A stretch of 32,000 bases of DNA from Okeania sp. (GCF_035285525.1 NZ_JAYKGW010000154.1:5870-37869); one strand, 5' to 3'; positions 16,501 to 22,764 are shown, numbered from the stretch's first letter. Notes: generated from the letters alone by a model not told the origin. Numbers and translations: made by a program.

Positions 16501-18210
16501 ATTCTGATTCATGCAGCAGCCGGAGGTACAGGAATGGCTGCGGTGCAAATAGCTCAAAAAGTAGGTGCAGAAGTTTTTGCGACAGCAAGTCCTCCTAAAT
16601 GGGAGACTCTAAAACGAATGGGAGTCAAATATATTATGAATTCCCGGACTGTGGAATTTGCTGACCAGGTAATGGAGTTTACTGAAGGGAAAGGAGTAGA
16701 TATTGTTCTTAACTCTCTGACTTCAGGAGATTTTGTGAGTAAAGGTTTGTCAGTAGTTACTTCTCAAGGTCGTTTTGTAGAAATAGGGAAACGGGGGGTA
16801 TGGACATCTAGTCAAGTAGCAGAAGTGAGACCAGATATATCTTATTCAGTAGTAGATTTGCTGCGAAAATCTGAGGAAGAACCAGAATTAATCAATTCCA
16901 TGTTGCAGGAGTTAACAGCAGACTTCTCCAACGGTTTATTGAAGCCACCACCTCTAAAAGTATTCCCTATAGAGGAAGTTGTCAGTGCCTTCCGTTATAT
17001 GCAGCAAGCTAAACACATAGGTAAAATTGTGGTTACTCAACCCAAACAAGAGCCTGACAAACCTGTAAGTTTCCGTGATGACGCTGCATACTTAATTACG
17101 GGGGGTATGGGAGATATGGGTTTACTTATATCTCGTTGGATGATTGCCAAAGGAGCCAAAAAATTAGTGCTAGTTGGACGTAGCACTCCCAATGAAACTG
17201 TAAAAGAGAAATTAGCAGAGTTAGAAAGTGCTGGAGCATCGGTGATAGTAGAAAAAGCTGATGTGTCCGACTGGGAAGCAATGAAGGGAGTTATGGAGAG
17301 GATTAATAATTCAAATACACCATTAGCAGGAGTTATGCACTCTGTTGGTGTATTATCAGATGGGGTGCTGCAAAATCAAACTTGGTCAAGCTTCGAGAAA
17401 GTGATGTCACCCAAGGTTTATGGTAGTTGGTATCTACACCAGTTGACTAAAGACCAGCCATTGGACTTTTTCTTACTGTTTTCTTCAGCAGCATCCTTGT
17501 TTGGCTCCACTGCTCAGGCCAACCACTCAGCCGCCAATGCCTTTTTAGATGGTTTAGCTCATTATCGTCGAGGGATGAAATTACCAGGATTGAGTATTCA
17601 TTGGAGTACGGTATCTCAGATTGGGGAAGCTGCTGCTATAGGGGCAGATGTGAGACTTGCAAAGCAAGGTGTAGGAGCGATTACCCCAGGTCAAATATTA
17701 GAATCTCTGGAACTATTAATGAGTGGTAAAGCTGCTCAGGATATAGAAGTTGGAGTAGTCCCGATTGACTGGTCAGCTTGGCAAGATAGAGTAAGCAAAT
17801 GGAGGTTTTTAGCAGATTGGCAAAGATCTGTTGTTGAAGTTACAGCAACAGAAACCAAACTTTTAGAACAGCTAAAAGAATCATCACCAGAAGAACAAGA
17901 AAAAATATTAGTAGATTACCTGAAAGGTAAAGTAGCTAACATTTTTGGCATGACAGGATCCGAGACAATAAGTATAGAGGAATCTCTAACTACTATGGGA
18001 CTTGATTCTTTGATGGCCGTTGAACTAAGGAATCTGATCCAAAAAGAATTAGGATTTGATGTACCTATGCAAACAATCATTGAAGGTATCAGTATTTCAG
18101 AAATAGTTGATTTAGTTTCTAAACAGCTATTACTAGAACAAGTTAGTTACTCAAATACTGCTTCACAAACTGAAGAAATAGATGAAGATATGGAGGAAAT
18201 TACTTTATGA
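10558..18210 (+). CDS. Type I polyketide synthase, KS-AT-DH-cMT-ER-KR-ACP (PKS1)
   Basis: The start is taken at ATG 10558 (MKEQQ...). The track uses an upstream TTG at 10546, and the residue numbers below count from 10546. All seven domains were recognised by motif (see the domain features). The stop overlaps the next gene's start (ATGA at 18207-18210). Confidence 0.97.
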   Translation: MKEQQKSDLTAIIGIACRFPGANDYNQFWENIEAGVNSISEIPPQRWEIEKHYSPLPNQPNKTISKWGGLVEGIDEFDAEFFSISPREAGKVDPQHRIMLELSWSCIEDAGYSPSAFSGKDVGVFMGACNYDSILLMNRNQDNVEGHSGTGTWTCMIPNRISSFFNLHGPSIPIDTACSSSLVAVHYALKSLKESECEMALVGGISVLFTSTTYIQMSQLGMLSPTGQCRTFSSDADGYVRGEGAGVVLLKPLTKAMEDGDRIYGVIKGSAINHGGKARTITSPNVYSQAQVIRSAYTNANVSPNTVSYMESHGTGTPLGDPIEVNALKRAYRQLYQQYGVEKTDNSYCGIGAVKSNIGHLEGAAGIAGLIKVLLAMKYKKLPKIVNFKELNPRISLKGTPFYLIEETQEWERLKNESGEDIPRRAGLSSFGIGGVNAHIVLEESPEVERVGNIEGSVNILSLSAKTETALADLVNSYENYLEAENNDELADICYTANIGRNDFSHRLAFITSGKPDLLEKIKQYKQGEEVTGICSGKITSQTTTKIAFLFTGQGSQYLQMGRELYNTQPTFKEAIDKCNEILGKYLEVPLLDVLYPDDETSTLINQTAYTQPAIFALEYALAKLWSSWGIKPDVVMGHSVGEYVAATVAGVFSLEDGLKLIATRGRLMQQLPAGGEMVSVMASESKVESVITPYTDKVAIAAINGPQSIVISGAAPEVKDIISSLKSEGIKAKKLQVSHAFHSPLMEPMLKEWEAVASQLTYNQPKIPVVSNVTGKVADESITTTKYWVDHVRQPVRFFQGMEVLHQEGYDIFLEIGPKPILLGMGRRCLPDHLGEWLPSLRPNADEWQQILSSLGKLYVKGVEVDWLGFEQDYSRKKVSLPTYPFQRRRYWVEESSQQKQRSPRTFGSQVPIHPLLGYKIDIAGQQKIFESFLGAENPEYLKDHKVFAEPLLPTTAYLEMALAAGKSQYQTPLIEVKELSIERGLVLSEAEKIVQTILTPLENDIYQFQIFSQQQEGEENQKWLLHAAGKIQPGAPEVKETKFETEKYLAECSESVEVAKHYQSSEEMGISYGPSFQRIKQLWKGDSQAIAKIILAPEMAATIGEYNIHPVMLDSALQVIFNALPVEDNDSQQTYLPVGVDKLTIYNPAESSMYAYGSVDGAGAGNWKADVILGNESGKIVAKISGLRVKAASKEALIGKKEESITNLLYEIEWRAKGRLGRTLPPDYLLAPKDIEQQLEPTIKELIVQAQLESYQEVPGKLEALSLDYVLQAIKELGWNYQAGDSFDSEKELESLGIVEIQQRLFKRMLQMMAEGGIIEPVAGTDTQWNVLQTLDVEPKQGKKRGDELLSQYPEAGAELTLLNRCASKLSLVLRGETDPVQLVFPSGDLSTATRVYQDSTIAKLMNTVVEKAIATAIAQLPKSQSVRLLEIGAGTGGTTSYILPSLPENNTEYIFTDLGALFTAKAKERFGDYPFVDYQILDIEADPTTQGYNAHQYDVIIAANVLHATANLTETLSNVRKLLAPGGILVLFELTSRQRWLDLVFGLLEGWWRFQDLEIRPDYPLLSRSKWQEVLQKTGFTEVVSLPEVEGMPEVLYQQSVIVAQNTKVLPPSSESKNWLILADKQGVAEELATKLKFMGDVPLLVFAGEKYQDLGEGKFTINPNNPEDFKQLMGAVSSLYGVVQCWTTETGGSEKIEELSRYGCGTTLYLVQALVQGGLSQPPRLWLVTSGSQPVPSSNSLMAKVGQSSLWGMGKVISLEHPEFNCVRIDLDSETTIENQANALFKEIWSEDLEDQVGFREDYRYIARLVASHHQELPATRGLTIPSQPYKLGISEKGSLDSLTLETIKRNAPAPGEVEIQVMATGLNFLDLVATLGLVPDEVDGVSQKHLREMDRFGGECGGYVVAVGEGVKGLEIGDEVVAMARGSFSQYVTVNASYVVPKPENITFAEAASIPANFLTAYYALHHVAKITKGDRILIHAAAGGTGMAAVQIAQKVGAEVFATASPPKWETLKRMGVKYIMNSRTVEFADQVMEFTEGKGVDIVLNSLTSGDFVSKGLSVVTSQGRFVEIGKRGVWTSSQVAEVRPDISYSVVDLLRKSEEEPELINSMLQELTADFSNGLLKPPPLKVFPIEEVVSAFRYMQQAKHIGKIVVTQPKQEPDKPVSFRDDAAYLITGGMGDMGLLISRWMIAKGAKKLVLVGRSTPNETVKEKLAELESAGASVIVEKADVSDWEAMKGVMERINNSNTPLAGVMHSVGVLSDGVLQNQTWSSFEKVMSPKVYGSWYLHQLTKDQPLDFFLLFSSAASLFGSTAQANHSAANAFLDGLAHYRRGMKLPGLSIHWSTVSQIGEAAAIGADVRLAKQGVGAITPGQILESLELLMSGKAAQDIEVGVVPIDWSAWQDRVSKWRFLADWQRSVVEVTATETKLLEQLKESSPEEQEKILVDYLKGKVANIFGMTGSETISIEESLTTMGLDSLMAVELRNLIQKELGFDVPMQTIIEGISISEIVDLVSKQLLLEQVSYSNTASQTEEIDEDMEEITL
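10585..11886 (+). other. PKS1 ketosynthase domain
   Basis: IGIACRFPG at the N-terminus. The active-site Cys182 is in IDTACSSSL (codon 11089-11091). The His motifs are ESHGTGT and SNIGHLEGAAG. The domain ends at GGVNAHIVLEE. Confidence 0.95.
12193..13086 (+). other. PKS1 acyltransferase domain (malonyl-type signature)
   Basis: FLFTGQGSQ, the active site GHSVGEY (Ser644), YTQPAIFALEYAL, and HAFHS (aa 744-748). The HAFH motif is associated with malonyl-CoA specificity. Confidence 0.9.
13297..14145 (+). other. PKS1 dehydratase domain
   Basis: IHPLLGYKI, LKDHKVFAEPLLPTTAYLEMA (His950 and Pro959, with Ala in place of the usual Gly at +4), GISYGPSFQ, and HPVMLDSALQ. Confidence 0.85.
14608..15375 (+). 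other. PKS1 C-methyltransferase domain
   Basis: The SAM motif I is LLEIGAGTGGTT (nt 14848-14883). Also YDVIIAANVLHAT and LLAPGGILVLFE. It sits between DH and ER as in cMT-containing modules. Confidence 0.85.
16057..17037 (+). other. PKS1 enoylreductase domain
   Basis: MDR-type ER with the NADPH motif LIHAAAGGTGMAAVQIAQ, a C-terminal AKHIGKIVV and an N-terminal GEVEIQVMATGLNF. Confidence 0.9.
17083..17625 (+). other. PKS1 ketoreductase catalytic subdomain (catalytic Tyr position is His)
   Basis: The Rossmann motif is YLITGGMGDMGL and the Lys is in SPKVYGSW. The region that normally reads G..NYAAANAF reads STAQANHSAANAF. His2327 is codon CAC at 17524-17526. Confidence 0.85.
17887..18123 (+). 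other. PKS1 acyl carrier protein domain plus acidic C-terminal tail
   Basis: The phosphopantetheine site is MGLDSLMAVEL (Ser2488, codon 18007-18009). The tail SQTEEIDEDMEEITL follows. Confidence 0.9.
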
Positions 18211-18371
18211 AACTGACCGAAATTCTGTCTCAAATCTCAAGCCAAGGCATTAAATTATGGGCTGAAGGTGATGAGTTGAAAATCCGTGCCCCCAAGGGAG
18301 CTTTAACAACAGAAACTCGCGATTTATTATCCAAAAATAAACTCGAATTACTTCATTTACTTCAGGAAAAA
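18207..18371 (+). other. TubC-type N-terminal docking domain
   Basis: ILSQISSQGIKLWAEGDELKIRAPKGALTTETRDLLSKNKLELLHLL matches the L..L...G..LW.EGD.L...AP.G.L......L...K.ELL.LL pattern of NRPS N-terminal docking domains that follow a PKS. Confidence 0.8.
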
Positions 18372-21300
18372 AGTAGTAATGTTAGTGCTACATCAGTACC
18401 TTTAGTTTATGTTGGTAGGGATAAAGATTTACCAGTTACTTATCAACAGGAGCGTCTCTGGACTATAGATCAGTTAATGGGAAATAAGTTAAATCTCAAT
18501 GTTTCTACGGCTCTAAAAATTGAAGGTTTAATAGATATTCCATTGCTCCAAAAAAGCTGGAATGAAATTATTAGTCGTAATGAAAGTTTGAGGACTATTT
18601 TCAGTTTTGCAGAAGGATCGTTAATTCAGGTTATTGTTCCTAGTTTAGATTCTAAGATTTCAGTAATAGATTATCAAGGCTTAAGTAAGACGGAGCAAGA
18701 GAGGGCAATTTCGGAAATTATTGAAAAGGAAGCCGAACAATATTTAGATTTATCTCAAGGACCACTGGTACATTTAAAACTTTTGAGATGTAGTGAGACA
18801 GAGGGTGTATTAATATTAGTATCTCATCATATTATTAGTGATGGTTTATCTCACAATTTTATATTCCGCGAACATATACTTTTGTATGATTCTTATCTAA
18901 GTCAAAAACCTTCTCCGTTACCAGAATTAGATATTCAATATGGAGATTATTCTGTTTGGCAACGTCAGTTATTACAAGGAGAAGTATTACAAAAGGGAAT
19001 AGATTTTTGGAAACAAGAACTAGCAAATATTTCTACTTTATATCCTGTACCATCTGATATCTTTCAAGTATCTCCAGGATTTAAAGCTATTAAAAAGAAT
19101 TTTTCCATATCTATGACTACATGGCCTTTAATACAAAAGGTGAGTAATCAATATAGTGTTACTCCTGTAGTTATTTTTCTATCAGTATTTTATGTATTGG
19201 TATTTCAATACTCTTTAAAACAGGATATTGTAGTTGGTCTTCCAGTTTCAGGAAGGTTGCACCATAAACTAGAATCTGCTATTGGTTACTTTACTGATAG
19301 TATTCTATTACGAGGCAAAATACCTGATAGTTCTATTACTTTTAAAGAATTACTGAAGAAAGTTAAAGAGGTGACGATAAAAGCTTATGCTAACCAACAC
19401 ATTCCTCTCAACTTTGTATCAGAATTTCTGAATAAGCAAAACAATCAACAGTATAGAAATTTATTTCAGATTTTCTTTGACTATATTGACTTTGGAGGAA
19501 AAGAAAAGATTGAATCTCCTAACATGACAGGAACTATACTGGAAGAAAAGTTCCCTACAGATATAGATTTGTTCTTTCTTTTATTAAAATATGAACATGA
19601 GCTAAAAGGGTCTTTTGCTTACAATCCTGATTTGTTTGAAGAAGAAACAATTACAGGTTTTATAGATTCCTTTTTATTACTTCTAGAAAAAGCAATTAAT
19701 GCTCCAGAGACGAAAATAAACGATTTAGAAATATCAGAAAATCTGGCAAAACGTAAGACAGAGATTCACAGTCAATCAAGAAAAATAAATCTGATAGAAA
19801 CTGCTTTGAAATCTATTCCTGAAGTAAAAGAATCTGCTATTTTAAACAGGGATAATCAACTGGTTGCTTATCTGGTGATTGAGGATAATTATTCTGTAGA
19901 AAAAGTAAAATATTTCCTAGAATCTTATCTAGATTCCGATTTTCTCCCTAAGGCTTATGTACCTGTTTCTAGCTTACCAAAAACAGAATCAGGAGAAATA
20001 GATGAAGCTGTTTTAACAAGTTTAGAAGTTATTGACTCAGAATTAATAAATCTTTGGGAACAAAAACTGCGATCTCATCCCGAAATAGAAGAAGTAGCAG
20101 TAGTAGTGCAGCGGAAAGAAGCTTATCCAGTTATAGAAAGTAGGGGTTTGGAGACCAAACCCTATTTGGTCTCCAAGCCCTACCCCGGAACACCCGACTA
20201 TCCAATACAACTTACCCAAGAAAATATTCCAGATACTGCCCCTGGAGAAGTAGATGAGATAGCAGCATCGGTAGAATTTAAAACTTGGGCAGACTTATTA
20301 CCAGGTACTGATGAACCAGCAATATATAGCACCGATGGTCGCCAACCTCTGACTCACTCACAACTCAAAGATTTTGTCAAGTGTCCTCCAGATAACGCTA
20401 GTCTCAGTTATCTGGGGATTAAAATAACTGACCGGGTATGTGCTGCCATGGACAATGGACCAGAAGCAGCAACAGCATTTTTGTCCTTGGCACAACAATG
20501 TGTGTTTGCACCCATTAGCACATCTTTAACAGAAAAGCAAGTGCAATTTGAGTTGGAAGATCTGGGTGCAGTAGCTTTAGTATTGCAAAGAGGAGAAGCT
20601 AACAGCAGGGAGAATGCTAAGTTAAAAGCTTGTGCCGAAAGTTTAGGAGTGCGGGTGATTGAGCTAATACCCGATGCTTCAGTCTGCGGTTTATTTACTC
20701 TCGAAGAAGTCACGACTAATCAGGAAAATCATCAACCAATAACAGCAGAGGACAATAAACCGACTCGTGACCATGTAGCTTTAGTGCTGCATACCAGCGG
20801 TACAACCAGAAAACCAAAAACAGTACCTTTGACTCATGGAAATTTGACAGCAGGTTCCCTGACTATTAGTCGGACGATACAACTGACTCCAGAGGATACT
20901 TGCATCAATATTATGCCTCTGTTTCATATTCACGGTCTTTCCGTTAATATTCTGGCTTCGATGTTAGCAGGTGCCAGCGTACTTTGTACTCCAGGGTTAT
21001 ACGCCACTGAAAACGGAGTAGGTGATTTCTTTAAGTGGTTGAAACCAGATGAGATAGGCGAGGGAAAAAAAATCACTTGGTATTCTGCTGTACCAACCAT
21101 GCACCAAGCAATTTTGGAATATGCAGAACAAACTATAACTGAAATAGGTAAAGCGCCCGACCATTCTCTCAGATTAATTCGTAACTGTTCGGCAGCACTG
21201 CTACCAGCTATTGTTGATAGAATGGCAACAGCATTTAATTGTGAAGTTTTGCCTACTTATGCGATGACAGAATCTATGCCTATTTGTAGTCCAGAAGTAG

Positions 21301-22583
21301 GAAAGGGTTTGCTCAAACGAGGTTCTGTAGGTCGTGCTGCTGGCCCGAAAGTAATTATTGGTGATGTGAAGACAAATGGGCAAGGCAAACCAGTATTAAA
21401 TGTGCTGGAACCTTATGCAGAAGGAGAGGTAATGGTTCGGGGTGCTTGCGTTACTGCCGGATATGAGTTACGAGAATGGATGGATTATAATCCCAATGAG
21501 GAAGCTTTTATTGACGGTTGGTTGAGAACTGGAGATAAGGGTTACAAAGACGAAGATGGTTATGTTTATCTGGTAGGAAGGTTCAAAGAAATTATTAACC
21601 GAGCCGGGGAAAAAATTAGCCCGATGGTGGTAGAGGATGTATTGCAGCGCCATCCCGCAGTCGGACAGGTAGTTGTGTTTGCTGCTCCCCATGAACTTTT
21701 GGGTGAAGTGGTGGGAGCTGCAATAGTGCCAGTTCCTAATCAACCACGACCAACTCTGGCAGCATTACGGCAGTTTGCCATGAAGGAAAAAGAACTAGAA
21801 ACCCAATGGTTGCCAGAATGCTTGGTCTGGATGAGTGCTATTCCTAAAGGTCTGACTGGAAAACCTGCTCGTATAGGTTTAGCCAAAAGGTTAGAGTTGC
21901 CGACTTTGACGACTGATGTGACGAAATCGCCCCGAACTTTTGTAGCAACAGAAGGAGCGGATGGTAAGTATGTTTTAGAAACATTAGAACATCAAATTGA
22001 GAATGGTAAAGGAGGTTGTCAGAGTTTACAACAGTTGACAGTTTATTTTACTTCTAAGACCACAGAATTTTCTCTCAGTAAGTTAGAGGGTTTGGAAGTA
22101 AGCGATCGCTTTGGTACTCTGAGTAAAATTCTGCCTTCTGCTTTCGTGCAGTTAGAAAGATTACCATTAACATCTGATGGAAAACTAGACCGGAAACGGT
22201 TACAAAGCCATGAAAAAAATGGTAGTTCTCCAACTGTACAACAAGGAAATAAAACTGAGCAAAAAATTGTTGCTATTTGGAAGGAGGTACTGCAAATAGA
22301 AGAAGTTGGAATTTATGATAACTTTTTTGAGCTAGGAGGTAAGTCTGTTCTACTGATACAAGTTTATGGCAAGTTACAAGAAATATTTGATATGAGTAAT
22401 TTGAAAGTTGTTGACTTGTTAGCTAACCCAACTGTTCATTCGTTAAGCGAATTTATTGTCAGTGGTGGTGCAACTGAATTAGATAAAAAGATCAAAGTTA
22501 GTTATGAGAAACGTGTAAGTAAACGTCTCTCTAAGAAAAATGAAAGGGTTAATATGCGGAAGAAACTCCGTGCTAACAGATAG
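18207..22583 (+). CDS. Atypical NRPS-like protein: docking domain, C, A-subdomain remnants, nested AAE3/Pcs60-like ligase, PCP
   Basis: 1458 aa. The ATG overlaps the PKS1 stop. The domains were identified by motif (see the domain features and findings). Confidence 0.93.
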   Translation: MKLTEILSQISSQGIKLWAEGDELKIRAPKGALTTETRDLLSKNKLELLHLLQEKSSNVSATSVPLVYVGRDKDLPVTYQQERLWTIDQLMGNKLNLNVSTALKIEGLIDIPLLQKSWNEIISRNESLRTIFSFAEGSLIQVIVPSLDSKISVIDYQGLSKTEQERAISEIIEKEAEQYLDLSQGPLVHLKLLRCSETEGVLILVSHHIISDGLSHNFIFREHILLYDSYLSQKPSPLPELDIQYGDYSVWQRQLLQGEVLQKGIDFWKQELANISTLYPVPSDIFQVSPGFKAIKKNFSISMTTWPLIQKVSNQYSVTPVVIFLSVFYVLVFQYSLKQDIVVGLPVSGRLHHKLESAIGYFTDSILLRGKIPDSSITFKELLKKVKEVTIKAYANQHIPLNFVSEFLNKQNNQQYRNLFQIFFDYIDFGGKEKIESPNMTGTILEEKFPTDIDLFFLLLKYEHELKGSFAYNPDLFEEETITGFIDSFLLLLEKAINAPETKINDLEISENLAKRKTEIHSQSRKINLIETALKSIPEVKESAILNRDNQLVAYLVIEDNYSVEKVKYFLESYLDSDFLPKAYVPVSSLPKTESGEIDEAVLTSLEVIDSELINLWEQKLRSHPEIEEVAVVVQRKEAYPVIESRGLETKPYLVSKPYPGTPDYPIQLTQENIPDTAPGEVDEIAASVEFKTWADLLPGTDEPAIYSTDGRQPLTHSQLKDFVKCPPDNASLSYLGIKITDRVCAAMDNGPEAATAFLSLAQQCVFAPISTSLTEKQVQFELEDLGAVALVLQRGEANSRENAKLKACAESLGVRVIELIPDASVCGLFTLEEVTTNQENHQPITAEDNKPTRDHVALVLHTSGTTRKPKTVPLTHGNLTAGSLTISRTIQLTPEDTCINIMPLFHIHGLSVNILASMLAGASVLCTPGLYATENGVGDFFKWLKPDEIGEGKKITWYSAVPTMHQAILEYAEQTITEIGKAPDHSLRLIRNCSAALLPAIVDRMATAFNCEVLPTYAMTESMPICSPEVGKGLLKRGSVGRAAGPKVIIGDVKTNGQGKPVLNVLEPYAEGEVMVRGACVTAGYELREWMDYNPNEEAFIDGWLRTGDKGYKDEDGYVYLVGRFKEIINRAGEKISPMVVEDVLQRHPAVGQVVVFAAPHELLGEVVGAAIVPVPNQPRPTLAALRQFAMKEKELETQWLPECLVWMSAIPKGLTGKPARIGLAKRLELPTLTTDVTKSPRTFVATEGADGKYVLETLEHQIENGKGGCQSLQQLTVYFTSKTTEFSLSKLEGLEVSDRFGTLSKILPSAFVQLERLPLTSDGKLDRKRLQSHEKNGSSPTVQQGNKTEQKIVAIWKEVLQIEEVGIYDNFFELGGKSVLLIQVYGKLQEIFDMSNLKVVDLLANPTVHSLSEFIVSGGATELDKKIKVSYEKRVSKRLSKKNERVNMRKKLRANR
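18420..19721 (+). other. Condensation domain
   Basis: C1 is TYQQERLW, C2 is LRTIFSF, C3 is SHHIISDGLS (His-His-x3-Asp-Gly, nt 18825-18845), C4 is YGDYSVWQ and C5-like is IGYFTDSILLRG. Confidence 0.9.
19779..20024 (+). other. A-domain C-terminal subdomain-like remnant 1 (no preceding core, A10 Lys lost)
   Basis: aa 525-606 read RKINLIETALKSIPEVKESAILNRDNQLVAYLV...LPKAYVPVSSLPKTESGEIDEAVL. This resembles the post-A8 to A10 region of NRPS A domains, but with GEID where GK(I/V/L)D is expected. Confidence 0.6.
20040..20129 (+). other. A-subdomain-like remnant 2, N-terminal part
   Basis: aa 612-641 read ELINLWEQKLRSHPEIEEVAVVVQRKEAYP, a second copy of the IE..L..HP.V.EA.VV element. It is interrupted after about 30 aa. 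Confidence 0.5.
20140..20184 (+). repeat. 45-nt inverted-repeat element (GGTTTGGAGACCAAACC family, both orientations) inserted in frame in the coding sequence
   Basis: gtaggggtttggagaccaaa-ccctat-ttggtctccaagccctacc is translated as (S)RGLETKPYLVSKPYP. The length is 15 codons with no stop. The same motif is abundant in the intergenic DNA of this window. Confidence 0.9.
20274..21902 (+). other. Complete ANL-superfamily adenylating domain, AAE3/Pcs60 (oxalate-CoA ligase)-like
   Basis: aa ~690-1232 contain LHTSGTTRKPK (A3, nt 20787-20819), MPLFHIHGL, WYSAVPTMHQAIL, LRLIRNCSAALLP, YAMTES, GWLRTGD, GRFKEIINRAGEKISP and PKGLTGKPAR. The motif spellings match my memory of the plant AAE3 / yeast Pcs60 clade (LHTSGTTSRPK, LPLFHVHGL, WYTAVPTIHQIIL, IRSCSASL) better than they match NRPS A domains. 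Confidence 0.8.
22020..22205 (+). other. A-subdomain-like remnant 2, C-terminal part (intact A10)
   Basis: aa 1272-1333 read SLQQLTVYFTSKT....LSKILPSAFVQLERLPLTSDGKLDRKRL. This is the canonical LP.(A/Y)..P..FV.L..LPLT.(N/D)GK.DR..L ending of an NRPS A domain. Confidence 0.65.
22254..22466 (+). other. Peptidyl carrier protein domain
   Basis: IVAIWKEVLQIEEVGIYDNFFELGGKSVLLIQV, with the phosphopantetheine Ser1380 at codon 22344-22346. A Lys/Arg-rich tail follows (KKIKVSYEKRVSKRLSKKNERVNMRKKLRANR). Confidence 0.85.
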
Positions 22584-22607
22584 GGAGTAGGGAGGTTCCA
22601 TAGAATC

Positions 22608-22627
22608 GGGGTTTGGTCTCCAAACCC
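22608..22627. repeat. GGGGTTTGGTCTCCAAACCC hairpin repeat (family copy) 25 nt after the NRPS stop
   Basis: Read directly. It is followed by gaaaccgggtttg (22640-22652) and the heptamer motif cagttatcagttat. Confidence 0.85.
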
Positions 22628-22764
22628 TTTCTATACTGAGAAACCGGGTTTGTAATTTCAGTTATCAGTTATTAGTACATTGAAGCTTTTGCCAGAGACT
22701 TGAAACACTGAATTGAAATTTTTTTATCCCCTTGAAAAGGGCATTATATCAAATCCGCTTGCTA

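Noticed and set aside
20140-20184. The hairpin repeat as evidence that the NRPS-like gene is a disrupted pseudogene or contains an intron
   Set aside because: The element is exactly 45 nt, in frame and without stops, and recognisable domains continue downstream in the same frame. There are no intron hallmarks. It is treated as an in-frame insertion instead.
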